A stretch of DNA of 64,000 nt. Origin: Macrostomum lignano. Taxonomy: Eukaryota. Location: assembly GCA_002269645.1 (NCBI GenBank), contig NIVC01001003.1, forward strand, positions 275,863 through 339,862, written 5' to 3'. The notes below the pieces were generated by a model. The model was not told the origin of the DNA. It searched no databases and saw only the letters and a list, made by a program, of their open reading frames with translations. Within the stretch, counting starts at the first letter, position 1. Every line of letters begins with the position of its first letter. The position numbers and the translations under genes were made by a program. Positions 45,056 through 58,200 of the stretch are shown in pieces.

Positions 45056-48000
45056 TTTTGATATTTTGATTTTTTATTTATTAAAGGCTGTAGAGTTTTA
45101 AAAATAATTTGTAGGCCTTAAAAGCTATATTTTGTCTTTGTTTTTTTTCTCAAAAGGTAAATGGCTAATATTTAATTTTATACTTTGGCTTGGCTTAGCA
45201 CGTACATCATCTCCGCAGGCTCGCTCGCGGCCCTACTCGAGCCATTGAGCTCGAGAGCGGGTTTACGGGTTAACCGTGAGGTGTAAGAATACACCTTGGT
45301 GCTAAAGCCCCTGGTGCTTGAGCTGTGCTAACTGGTAGTCATAATAGTTCTGCGTATTCAATTTGGCAAACCGAGAGGAAAATTTACGTATTCAAATTGT
45401 TTTGAAAGACAGGTATAGTAGGTTGACCAACCAACGAACCAAAGCAAGCACGATCTTTTCTATTTAATAGTCAGCTGTATCTGTCAGCTGACTCATTGAT
45501 TATTTTCTAACTAACTGAGAGGCCTTTTTAAACTATCAGTAACAAGTTCAAGTGTTCAATACCCGAGGGCGACACGACATGAAACATTGCAGCACTTCTG
45601 AAAAAAAATAGTTAGCTAACAGCCTCGCTCAGGTCTACATCTCCATTTCAACATGCCTTGATATTGAAATTTTTTATTTTATCAATAATATAGTATCAGT
45701 ATCCAATTATCCAGAAAGTTCTTGCACTTATCTTTTGGTTTTGTTTGCGCATAACTTTGGTTGTGTTTCACTTTATCTTTTATCTAGGCCCTAGGCCCTA
45801 ATAATAATATAGAAATGTCAGTAGACCTATCTGATGCCAATGCCCAAGCAGCCCAATGAATGGAAAATATAAAAAATTTGCCACTTTTCAAATGAATTAC
45901 ATTATTCAGTCTAATCATTATTTAAACCATATAATTTTAGCAATGAAAATAAACCAACAAAATCTAAAGTTGTACTTGTGCTCTTTTGCTCAAAAATTTA
46001 AACTTGGCAATTTAGAAGTTGGGAATAGAGGCCTATCTAGCTTATTATAGCCTAAACATCTTGCAACTATGCCTATCTAGTTGGTATCTAGTCAATCTGG
46101 CGACAAGACCATCTGGTGACAGACAATATGGCAACAGTCAATCTAGCAACATATATTAAATCAATGTATATCACTATCAGCATATATATGGATTAGTTGA
46201 GCTATTATTTTTAGCTCTATTATTACCTATTAATACTTAAATAAATAAATTACAATTATATAAACTATAATTATTGCAGTTATATTTTTATAGTTATATG
46301 TAGCTATTGATTTTTAAAATGTTATTTTTAAAGACAATTAATCTATTTAGGTGCCTAATCTGCTTGGAAAGCAAGTTTGTATGACTATGATCCAATATTG
46401 TTGTATATATTAACTATTGTATTTGCAACAATATTTGAAAGTTGAAGAACCAAAAAATTGCTATTCGCACTGCAACTTATATGTATTATTTGCCATGCTT
46501 AAAATACTATTCCATTCATACATGTGCAACAGTCAGCCGATCCAGCCGACCGATTTGGCAGCCAACCAAGGAGGTCGCAAAAATGCCCACCCGAAAAAAT
46601 ACCCAAGTAGTAGTACTAAGTAGCTGATGAGGCATTTTGACTTAATAAGACAGTTATAGTTACTCCTGCCGTTTACCCAAAGTTGTGTTAATTTGTGGTT
46701 TTACATGTAAGTCACATTTTTGGCCAAAAACTATGTCGCATTTTTGTTAAAACTAAGTCACATGTCTGACCAAATTTTGGAGGTGGCGCATATATGATTC
46801 CATTTAATGTAACAAATGCTACGTGGATAAGTTAATAGTATTACCTTACTAAAGGTAATACCTTACTAATAATAAAAAGCTAAAAATAATAGCTCAATTA
46901 ATCTGTATATATGCTGATATATGTTGATTTAATATCTGTCACCAGATTGTCTGTTGCCAGATTAACTATTGCTAGATTGTCTTGTTGCCAGACTGTCTGG
47001 AAGCCATCTAGTCTAGGCCTATCTAGTTTTTGTCAAGCAACTGTTTGGCTAATAAAAAGTTCTTAACCAAAGACAAAAAGGAACTAAAAATAGGAGTATG
47101 TGGGCTTATGTAGTTTTTATTAGCCAAAAAAGCCCATTTTTACAGATTGCCTTATAATAGGCCTAGCTAGGTTAGTAGTTCATTAGGCCTAGTAGGTTAT
47201 GCCTATGGTTGCCAGGGCCTATTAATTTTATAAGAGTTTGTTAAATAACTATTGATTTTATTAGCTTTAGGCTATTGTATTGCATTTATTTTATAAACTT
47301 AACAAAACCTTACATTTTAGGCCTAGCTTACTACCTAAGCATTTAAACTAACTGGAAATTTTAAAGATATTATCCCATGTAGTTTTGAATCAAATTAATT
47401 TATTTTAGATATATTTTTTTAATTATCAAATTTTTTTATAAACATGCTTAGTTATAAAATAAACAAGGTAGTAATAATAATATTAATAATAATAGGCAAT
47501 AAGTAATAGTAGCCTAAAGGGTTAGTATAAGTGCTTGCAAGCTAGGTTTTTTTGCTAGCACTAAGATGCAAAATCATATCTAAGGTCCAATTTTAGGATG
47601 CAATTTGGAAAGTCAGCATATTATATAGTTTTTGTTGGCACTAAAATGCAAAATTGCATTTAAGGTCTAATTTGATGCAATTTTAAAAGGCAAAGATGCA
47701 ATAATATCTTTATCACATAAAAAATAAACCTAGGAGCTTAAGTAAGTCAGTAATAAAGCAGTCAAATAGGGATAATGTTAGGCCTAGCTATAGTATAGTT
47801 ATTTGTTTGGCTAGTTTAATAAGGCTAAAGGTAAAAAAGGTAGGATATGTATAGAATAGCTAAGGGTCTAGCCTAGTAGCAAAGTAGCACTTAAAATTTT
47901 AATAGTGGTATTATAGCTAGGCTATCAGGGGATTATTTAGCAGACACTATGCAAGATATGCCTAGTATATAGCATTAGGGTCTATTCTAGTATATAGTAT

Positions 48001-48612
48001 AGCAGCAAATGGTAGAATATATCAAGGGGCTACTTTTGTATGTTGGTTAGTATAGACAAATATAAAATTAATAATAATAAAGTAATAGTAATAAGCTGCA
48101 CATTATTATATTAATATATACTATATTGTTTTTTCCTTATACAATAATTTTTTTTTGTTTTTTAACATGCAATTTTATATGATAATTAAGAGGCATATCA
48201 ATATCTACCATGATATATAAGACAAGATAATAAGTTTAAGTTAAAGATTTTTTAGTATGCCTAGTTTTGATCATCTTTTAGTTCATATTGGGAAAATGAA
48301 ATCATTTAATCACCTTACCCAAAACCTGATTTTTTGTATCTAATGTATTATGAAGTTACAATTAGTGAAGTTATTAGGAAGTTAGGAAGTAAAGGAATGT
48401 ATACAATATTCCTTCCATTGATTCAATTCCAATGTTTGCATGAAACAAATTTTATTTGACTTTGACCCAAATATGGATCACTAGAAAGAAGAACACCTGA
48501 AAACCAACATCCAGAAACTTAAGGATCATCTCCATCCAGTACACCTAAAATAATGGCATTCCCACAAGCAGTTGCTAATATTTAACAAAATGCCCCAAAA
48601 TTGCAGCTGCCT

Positions 48613-51265
48613 ATGAATGGTCAGGCAGTTGGCCCACAGCCAGATAATGCCACCGGCGCAACTGGCTGCAAAACTGTCGCCTCGGCTATTCAGCTCTCCT
48701 CAATAGCCAGTAAGAATCAAAGTACTCTTAGTACTTTGCTCGCCAATGGCTGCGTTGGCAGCTCTGCAATAAACAAATTATCCGCAGGTGTAAATATTGA
48801 AGCTACACAAAAGTACATTGTTATATTGCAAGAGAAAATACGCGAATATGAGCGAGCATTGGATGGCGTCCGCGCTCAGTTGAAGTCGCAGGCGTCTCGC
48901 GCTGTGGTGGAGCTGGATGGCTGTTTAAGTACCGATTGCGCTAGGCAGGAGCGGACAAAACGCCGGCTTGAGCAGGAGCACGGCGAGCTCAAGGCCAAAG
49001 CGCACAAGCTGCAAAGGACTGTGAAGAAGCTTCAATACAAATTGGCTGATCTGAGGGCTAATGGCATTCCGATCGATGTAAGTCGTTTTTATGAAGAAAA
49101 AAAATGCCAGGCTTAATTGGGGACTTCTACTTAAAACTGGAGAATTCTACTTAGAACTGGGTAATTCTACTGAAAATTTGGGAATTCTACTGAAAATTGA
49201 GGAATACTGCTGAAAATTGGGGAATTCTACTGAAAATTTAGGATATCTACTAGAAATTAGGAATTCTACTGAAAATTGGAGAATTCTACTGAAAATTTAG
49301 GATATCTACTAGAAATTAGGGAATTCTACTGAAAATTGGAGAATTCTACTGAAAATTTAGGATATCTACTAGAAATTAGGGAATTCTACTGAAAATTGGA
49401 GAATTCTACTGAAAATTTGGGAATTCTACTGAAAATTTAGGATATCTACTAGAAATTAGGGAATTCTACTGAAAATTGGAGAATTCTACTGAAAATTGGA
49501 GAATTCTACTGAAAATTTAGGATATCTACTAGAAATTAGGGAATTCTACTGAAAATTGGAGAATTCTACTGAAAATTTGGGAATTCTACTAGAAATTGGG
49601 GAATTCTATTGAAAATTGGGGAATTCTACTGAAAATTGGGGAATTCTACTAAAAATTGGAGAATTCCGCTAAAAATTTTGGAATTCGACTAGAAATTTGG
49701 GAATTCTTTGCCAGGCCAATGCCAGTATATTTACTGTCTATTTACTGTCTATATTTATGCATATCAGAGAATTTCACACTGTCGAGTTAAGCATCGTTGG
49801 TCGCGGTTAGTATGCAGCTGAATGTGCTGCCAGTGTCACGACCTCTGGTTCGATTCCGTGAGCCGCTAAGTTAATTTAGGGCTTGTGCACGAAAAAAAAT
49901 TGGCCAGGGGGTTGTCGTATGATTAACACCTGTGTAAATCGTCAGGAAAAGTCAAGGCCGCTGTAGCGGCTGTACACCCTCTGTGAGCGTGTGTGTGAGT
50001 GCGTGCTCAGATGTCAGCGCATGTACACACGCATATATGCTTTCACCCAGACGCAATAACGGAATCGAACCTGGTTTCTTTGTCGCGAGAGCTGCTCTTC
50101 TGAGTTCATTATCTCACTGTTTAAACAGGTCGTACCAGACGATTACGTGCGCCAGCTGCAGCAGCACAGGGACGCTGGAGTAGCTGAGCCCGCCATCTCC
50201 TCCTCGGCCTCGTCTGTTTCCGCTGTACATCGCCAAAACCCGGCCGCCTTCGCTGCAACATCAGCCTCGGCTTTGAACTCCGTCGTGCACCGGACGGCCT
50301 CTTCTAGCGACCTGCTGCCCGGCCCGAGCCGCCGGCAGCCTGCCGAAGACCCGGAGCCGAACCCTGCCAATGTCGATAATTCGAATAACGGCGTTGGCGA
50401 CGCTGCGCCTAGCGTTGCTATGGGCAGATTCTCTGATGCCGACCGGTTGACCCTGTCCTCGTCTGACCCGTCGGCGCCTCTCATTTCGACGTCGCCGCCG
50501 TCGCTGCCGCTAATTCAGTCGCAGCAGTCTTCGTCGTTGCTGCTGCCGGCAAATTCGTCCGCAGGCAACTCTTCGTCGGCCGAATCTGTCGAGCAGCTGC
50601 GGCTGTACTACGAGCGTCGGTTAATCGAACAGCAGGCCGCTTTCGCCGCCGAACTGGACTCTCTACGCCTGCGCGCCTCCGACGAAGCCGGCGATATTCA
50701 ACGATTAGTAGACACGGAGCTGAAGAACCTGCGCTACGACCAGCAGGAGCTGGCTGCCTCCGCCGATGACGGGCACAAAGAGCTTGAAAAGATGAAGGTC
50801 TTCCTCACCAACCTGTCTAAGGAGATGAGCCGCATGCTGCTAGTTGATCAGCAGATTGACGATATGAATAATCGACTAGCTGTCATCACCCGAGACCTAG
50901 TGCAGAGCCATCAATCCGCCTGCTCCTCTCATCATCATCATAATCGCCCGGATGCTGGCCAGGGCGGAGCGGCCAGCGCTCGCCTACTCAATATGCTGGT
51001 TGCCCTGCTCTCCTACGCTTTCGTAGCCGCCTCCTGTTTAGTTAATCTGCTGATCTGGTTACTCCGTCTGCCTGGCAGTCGGCCGTTCTCCGCCGCTTGT
51101 CTGACTGTCTGCGCCGCTCCGCTGCTTATTCTGTGGCTTGGCGGCGACGGTGGCGGCGTCTGGTTGGCGCAGACTTTGCCAGATTTGATTGTCAGGCACC
51201 TGCCGTTGAGTGCCAGGCGCCAGCTCAGCAACCTGCTGCTGAGGCTTAATGCCACGCTCGCTTAA
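48613..51265 (+). CDS. Coiled-coil protein with C-terminal double transmembrane hairpin, TMCC/TEX28-like
   Basis: Exons about 48613-49077 (donor gtaagt, phase 0) and 50129-51265 (acceptor aaacag, phase 0). Heptad segments LQEKIREYERAL and AGDIQRLV..NLRYDQQ, then ARLLNMLVALLSYAFVAAS..SRPFSAACL..LLILW, resemble the TMCC C-terminus. The start codon is uncertain and the family call is from remembered motif pattern only. Confidence 0.6.
49120..49710. repeat. 20-21-bp minisatellite (GAATTCTACTGAAAATTGGG)n, intronic
   Basis: Starts about 40 bp after the donor at 49078. Confidence 0.93.
49795..50120. mobile_element. Degenerate tRNA-derived SINE material
   Basis: B-box GGTTCGATTCC at about 49847 (+), a core shared with the 16873 SINE at about 49965-50000, and a second B-box in reverse (GGAATCGAACC, about 50060). 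Confidence 0.5.
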
Positions 51266-51284
51266 CCACGCTTAGCTATGTCCT

Positions 51285-52495
51285 CAGATGACCTCAGACC
51301 GTAGCTTAGCCCAGCTGTGACCCCATGTGACCTCAGACCGTAGCTTAGCTCAGCTGTGACCCCATGTGATCTCAGACCGTAGCTTAGCCCAGCTGTGACC
51401 CCATGTGACCTCAAAACGTAGCTTAGCCCAGATGTGACCCCATGTGACCTCAAAACGTAGCTTAGCCCAGATGTGACCTCAGACCGTAGCTTAGCCCAGC
51501 TGTGACCCCATGTGACCTCAAAACGTAGCTTAGCCCAGATGGGACCTCAGACCGTAGCTTAGCCCAGCTGTGACCCCATGTGACCTCAAAACGTAGTTTA
51601 GCTCAGCCCTGACCCCCCATGTGACCTCAGATCGTAGCTTAGCTCAGCCCTGACCCCATGTGACCTCAGATCGTAGCTTAGCTCAGCCCTGACCCCCATG
51701 TGACCTCAGACCGTAGCTTAGCCCAGCTGTGACCCCATGTGACCTCAGACCGTAGCTTAGCTCAGCTGTGACCCCATGTGATCTCAGACCGTAGCTTAGC
51801 TCAGCCCTGACGCCCATGTGACGTCAACTCGTAGCTTAGCTCAGCTGTGACCCCATGTGACCACAAAACCGTAGCTTAGCTCAGCGCAGACCCCATGTGA
51901 CCCCAGACCGTATCTTAGCTCAGTTCGGACCTCATGTGACCTCAGATCGTAGCTTAGCTCAGCTGTGACCTCATGTGACCTCAGATCGTAGCTTAGCTCA
52001 GCTCTGACCCTATATGACCCCAGACCGTATCTTAGCTCAGCTCTGACCTCATGTGACCTCAGATCGTAGCTTAGCTCAGCTGTGACCCCATGTGACCTCA
52101 AAACCGTAGCTTAGCTCAGCCCTGACGCCCATGTGACGTCAACTCGTAGCTTAGCTCAGCTGTGACCCCATGTGACCACAAAACCGTAGCTTAGCTCAGC
52201 GCAGACCCCATGTGACCCCAGACCGTATCTTAGCTCAGTTCGGACCTCATGTGACCTCAGATCGTAGCTTAGCTCAGCTGTGACCCCATGTGACCTCAAA
52301 ACCGTAGCTTAGCTCAGCTGTGACCCCATGTGACCTCAAAACCGTAGCTTAGCTCAGCTGTGACCCCATGTGACCTCAAAACCGTAGCTTAGCTCAGCCC
52401 TGACCCCCATGTGACCTCAAAACCGTAGCTTAGCTCAGCTGTGACCCCATGTGACCTCAAAACCGTAGCTTAGCTCAGCTGTGACCCATGTGACG
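51285..52495. repeat. 39-bp minisatellite immediately after the TMCC-like stop codon
   Basis: (GACCTCAGACCGTAGCTTAGCCCAGCTGTGACCCCATGT)n. Confidence 0.95.
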
Positions 52496-53519
52496 TTAAC
52501 ACCCATTGATAAAGATATTTGGCCCTGTATCCCTCTTTCCAAGACTGTTGGTTTTATTGACGTCATTTCATTTAGATTATCTTGATTCTCGAAAACAATG
52601 AATTTGCCAGTGATATTGCATGACCTAGTCAGTAGGCTTTTATTCGTAATTTTTAAGACATCACACAGTGTGCTTATTTGGTTATATTGTTATTGTTATT
52701 GTTTTACTGCTGCAATAAAAATAATTTTAACGCCGTTTCAAGGTTGAACCTTGATGTTTCGAATGTATTTTCTATTAAGGAAAGCGCGAAGTAATTTTCA
52801 GACTACTTCTGGCAGTGGCCACCCAGTTAAATAGAAAAGCACACCAGCTACATTTCAATAATTTTCTTATTCTAACAAGTGAGCTTTCCTTATTGAACAG
52901 CTATTTTTTATTCTCCTTTTTGTCGCCCAACTTGTGGCGTGTATAAACTGTTCATTATTGGCTTCTGTTATTAAGTGATTGTTTTCAACAATTTCTCTCC
53001 GCATGGAATCTCAGTCTTGAGTAGTGCAGCAGCACAATTTGCCAGATTGGTTATTTTTCACTCGTCTGTTTATTTATTTATTTTTTAAGCCCCCTTTTTG
53101 TAGTTTTGCACAGCCAACCTGGCCGTTAGTTTCTCTCTTTCTCTATTATTGTTTTCTAGGCTTTCACAATAATGTTAATAAAAAATAGTGTTCTTCATAA
53201 TGGTAGATTTTCTTGGTTTTAGCTTAGCATTGTTGTAAAGTTTAATTGTGTCTAGCAGAATGATTCAGTTGTATTGATATTACCTATCTATTGCTTCTTA
53301 AATCTTTTTTAATTGCAATGAATGTATAAAAATATATATTTATATGCTTGTAAATCCGTGACGTCACCTCTGCGCCGCTACCAAGATTTCCTGAGCTCTT
53401 AGCGGATAAAATCATACTTGCGCATTGGCCTGTCTTCGTTGAGTCATTTAGGTCTCTGATTTAGCTCATTTGTAATCATCTAAGTTCCTCGGTTTCTGTG
53501 CTGAGCCACCCTACTAAAT

Positions 53520-54865
53520 CTTGTTGCTGGGCCAGCCTCCCAGATCCTCAGTTGCTGGGCCAGCCTCCCAGATCCTCAGTTGCTGGGCCAGCCTCCCAGT
53601 GTCAGTTGCTGGGCCAGCCTCCCAGATCCTCAGTTGCTGGGCCAGCCTCCCAGATCCTCAGTTGCTGGGCCAGCCTCCCAGATCCTCAGTTGCTGGTCCA
53701 GCCTCCCAGATCCTCAGTTTCTGGGCCAGCCTCCCAGAGTGTCAGTTGCTGGGCCAACCTCCCAGATCCTCAGTTGCTGGTCCAGCCTCCCAGATCCTCA
53801 GTTGCTGGGCCAGCCTCCCAGAGTGTCAGTTGCTGGGCCAGCCTCTCAGATCCTCAGTTGCTGGGCCAGCCTCCCAGATCCTCAGTTGCTGGGCCAGCCT
53901 CTCATAGTGTCAGTTGCTGGTCCAGCCTCCCAGATCCTCAGTTGCTGGGCCAGCCTCCCAGATCCTCAGTTTCTGGGCCAGCCTCCCAGATCCTCAGTTG
54001 CTGGGCCAGCCTCCCAGATCCTCAGTTTCTGGGCCAGCCTCCCAGATCCTCAGTTGCTGGGCCAGCCTCCCAGATCCTCAGTTGCTGGGCCAGCCTCCAA
54101 GAACCCCAGTTGCTGGGCCAGCCTCCCAGATTGTCAGTTGATGGGCCAGACTTTCAGATCCTCAGTTTCTGGGCCAGCCTCTCAGAGAGTCAGTTGCTGG
54201 GCCAGCCTCTCAGATCCTCAGTTGCTGGGCCAGCCTCTCAGAGTGTCAGTTGCTGGGCCAGCCTCCCAGTGTCAGTTGCTGGGCCAGCCTCCCAGATCCT
54301 CAGTTGCTGGGCCAGCCTCCCAGATCCTCAGTTGCTGGGCCAACCTCCCAGATCCTCAGTTGCTGGGCCAACCTCCCAGATCCTCAGTTGCTGGGCCAAC
54401 CTCCCAGATCCTCAGTTGCTGGGCCAGCCTCCCAGAGTGTCAGTTGCTGGGCCAGCCTCTCAGATCCTCAGTTGCTGGGCCAGCCTCCCAGATCCTCAGT
54501 TGCTGGGCCAGCCTCTCAGAGTGTCAGTTGCTGGGCCAGCCTCTCAGAGTGTCAGTTGCTGGGCCAGCCTCCCAGATCCTCAGTTGCTGGGCCAGCCTCT
54601 CAGAGTGTCAGTTGCTGGGCCAGCCTCCCAGTGTCAGTTGCTGGGCCAGCCTCCCAGTTCCTCAGTTGCTGTTCCAGCCTCCCAGAGTGTCAGTTGCTGG
54701 GCCAGCCTCCCAGATCCTCAGTTGCTGGGCCAGCCTCCCAGATCCCCAGTTGCTGGTCCAGCCTCCAAGATCCTCAGTTGCTGGGCCAGCCTCCCAGTGT
54801 CAGTTGCTGGGCCAGCCTCCCAGATCCCCAGTTGCTGGTCCAGCCTCCCAGATCCTCAGTCGCTG
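53520..54865. repeat. 28-bp minisatellite (GTTGCTGGGCCAGCCTCCCAGATCCTCA)n
   Basis: About 48 copies. It explains ORFs open in all three + frames. Confidence 0.97.
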
Positions 54866-55290
54866 TGCCAGCGCCACTCTCGCAGAGCCTCGGGTAATCT
54901 AACCACTAAATATCCGGAATATTCCATCTGAAATCCAATCAATCTCTCATGCCAGAATAGTGTCTCAAATTTAGCCTTGGATCTCACTACAGTAGCCGCG
55001 CGCAATTCGCCCCCTGCTTTGATATTAGTTTTCCCATCTCGTTGGCTCAGGCCCGGTCCCTACAGTGAGAATAATTAAGCCGCATCCGAGCTATAGCCCC
55101 CCCCCCCCTGTCTGCAGGCAGTTTGGCTGTCCCTCAGTCGCGCCCTGTAGCCAAGCAACACAGTGGAAGCCTCCCACTCAGTACGTTAAAAGTGCATTTG
55201 CTAGCTAGTAGTTGGTATAAAGCAGCTGGGCGAAGTGAAATTGCAATCTCCGCAGTCTTATTTTTTTTCTACTCCAACGGCGCGCACGCA

Positions 55291-58200
55291 ATGGTCCGCA
55301 AGGCTCCTTTCTCGGGCTCCTACGCTTACATTGTAAGGCTTTAGACCATCGCTAGAGAGTTCATTCTAGCGAAAACTGTTCCAAACCCTTAACTGCGTGC
55401 ACCCTGTGCTTCGCGAGTCATGCACTTTTAATACCTCCCCTTCCAGCGTCCTAATTTGTTCATCCTCGACCAGGTCTGTTCGCGTTTTAGTGTCTACCGC
55501 TATCCAGGACTACTAATGGTGCGGGTTCGTGGCCTACGAGTATCGATTTATATTAATGTCGTGTGCTTTGGTCTGTTATGGGATTGTTTTAGTTAAGTCT
55601 GGTGTGTCGCATTGATTTAATGGTTACAACTAGTCAGCCAGAGGACACAGCCAAATTTATTCATGCAGATAGTTAGACAGACAGTTAAACAGTTAGACAG
55701 ACAGACATACTGTGACATTTATTCATGCAGATAGTTAGACAGACGGTTAGACAGTTAGACAGACAGACATACTGTGACATTTATTCATGCAGATAGTTAG
55801 ACAGACAGTTAGACAGTTAGACAGACAGACATACTGTGACATTTATTCATGCAGATAGTTAGACAGACACTGTGACATTTATTCATGCAGATAGTTAGAC
55901 AGACACTGTGACATTTATTCATGCAGATAGTTAGACAGACACTGTGACATTTATTCATGCAGATAGTTAGACAGACGGTTAGACAGTTAGACAGACAGAC
56001 ACTGTGACATTTATTCATGCAGATAGTTAGACAGACAGTTAGACAGTTAGACAGACAGACATACTGTGACATTTATTCATGCAGATAGTTAGACAGACGG
56101 TTAGACAGTTAGACGGACAGACACTGACATTTATTCATGCAGATAGTTAGACAGACAGTTAGACAGTTATACAGACAGACACTGTGACATTTATTCATGC
56201 AGATAGTTAGACAGACACTGTGACATTTATTCATGCAGATAGTTAGACAGACACTGTGACATTTATTCATGCAGATAGTTAGACAGACAGTTAGACAGAC
56301 AGACACTGTGACATTTATTCATGCAGATAGTTAGACAGACAGACACTGTGACATTTAGACATGCAGACATGCAGACACTGATATTTAGACATGCAGACAT
56401 GCAGACACTGATATTTAGACAGGCAGACAGACACTGGTATTTAGACAAGCAGACATGCAGGCAGACAGACACTGATATTTAGACATGCAGACATGCAGGC
56501 AGACAGACACTGGTATTTAGACATGCAGACATGCAGACACTGATATTTAGACATGCAGACATGCAGACACTGATATTTAGACAGGCAGACAGACACTGAT
56601 ATTTAGACATGCAGACATGCAGACACTGATATTTAGACATGCAGACATGCAGACACTGATATTTAGACATGCAGACATGCAGACACTGATATTTAGACAG
56701 GCAGACAGACACTGATATTTAGACATGCAGACACTGATATTTAGACATGCAGACATGCAGGCAGACAGACACTGATATTTAGACATGCAGACACGCAGAC
56801 ACTGATATTTAGACATGCAGACATGCAGACACTGATATTTAGACATGCAGGCACACAGACACTGGTATTTAGACATGCAGACATGCAGACACTGATATTT
56901 AGACATGCAGACATGCAGGCAGACAGACACTGGTATTTAGACATGCAGACATGCAGACACTGATATTTAGACAGGCAGACATGCAGACACTGATATTTAG
57001 ACATGCAGACATGCAGACACTGATATTTAGACATGCAGACATGCAGACACTGATATTTAGACATGCAGACATGCAGGCAGACAGACACTGGTATTTAGAC
57101 ATGCAGACATGCAGACACTGATATTTAGACATGCAGACATGCAGACACTGATATTTAGACATGCAGACATGCAGGCAGACAGACACTGGTATTTAGACAT
57201 GCAGACATGCAGGCAGACAGACAGACACTGATATTTAGACATATAGACATGCAGGCAGGCAGACAGACACTGACATATAGACATGCAGGCAGACAGACAC
57301 TGACATATAGACATGCAGGCAGACAGACACTGACATATAGACATGCAGACAGACAGACACTGACATACAGACATGCAGGCAGACAGACACTGACATATAG
57401 ACATGCAGGCAGACAGACACTGACATATAGACATGCAGGCAGACAGACACTGACATATAGACATGCAGACAGACAGACACTGGCATATAGACATGCAGAC
57501 TGGGACATGTGGTCATGCAGACAGACAGACGGGAACTGACATTAGGACAGAGCACACGGAGACAGTAAAACATTAGATGAATGGCTGACAATGACTCATC
57601 TATCATGCACGTGACTCATCAATCCCAAATATGACCATTGCCATGATATCATGCATCATTAATCTAATTCCTACATTAATAAATGTTCGTCTCTCCCTAC
57701 ATCTCCCTCCACTCCAGGCTTCAACCTCGTCTCCGTACTTTCAGTCTGAGGATTCTACAAAGAAATCCGCCGCTAGCCGTGGCGCCAATTCAAAATCGCA
57801 AAATCGCAAGCGCCGCTCCCAGCCGGTGCCAATCGCTTACGAAGAGTCGGTCGGTGAGGCTGCTGACGAACTGGTTGCCGCGGCGCCGGCGCCGGCCAAG
57901 TGGGAGGCGCAGCTGGCTAACATTAAACTGATGCGAGCGGATAAAAGTGCTCCAGTTGACAATATGGGCTGTCACACTCTCGCCGACGGGGCGGCCGAAC
58001 CCAAGGTTTGTTTGTTTTGAGAGTGCATTAATTTAGCTGGGCACACTGCTGCGGTGTGAAGTAGAAGCTCTGAGCAGGGGCGTGGCCAGCATTCTTCATT
58101 GAGGGCTGCCGTTTCATTTAAGGGGATGCCATTAATTTGAGGGCAGCACCAGGGGCGCCGGCACCAAGGAGCGCCAGCACCAAGGAGCGCCAGCACCAAG

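Noticed and set aside
46575-46640. Hammerhead-like arrangement AAAATGCC..CGAAA...CTGATGA GGCATTTT
   Set aside because: Stem II needs a 5-nt bulge next to GAAA, and stems I and III are only about 3 bp with mismatches at the core, so it is not a credible ribozyme.
46060-47020. Patchy inverted repeats (ATCTGGTGACAGA / TCTGTCACCAGAT; ATATTAAATCAA / TTGATTTAATAT), and a similar old pair at 11070-11505
   Set aside because: Probably ancient MITE remnants, but too degraded to set boundaries.
58020-58130. Peptide CPAKLM on the minus strand, identical to a hexapeptide in receptor B
   Set aside because: There is no nucleotide similarity or flanking alignment, and one six-residue match is expected by chance in a six-frame 64-kb search.
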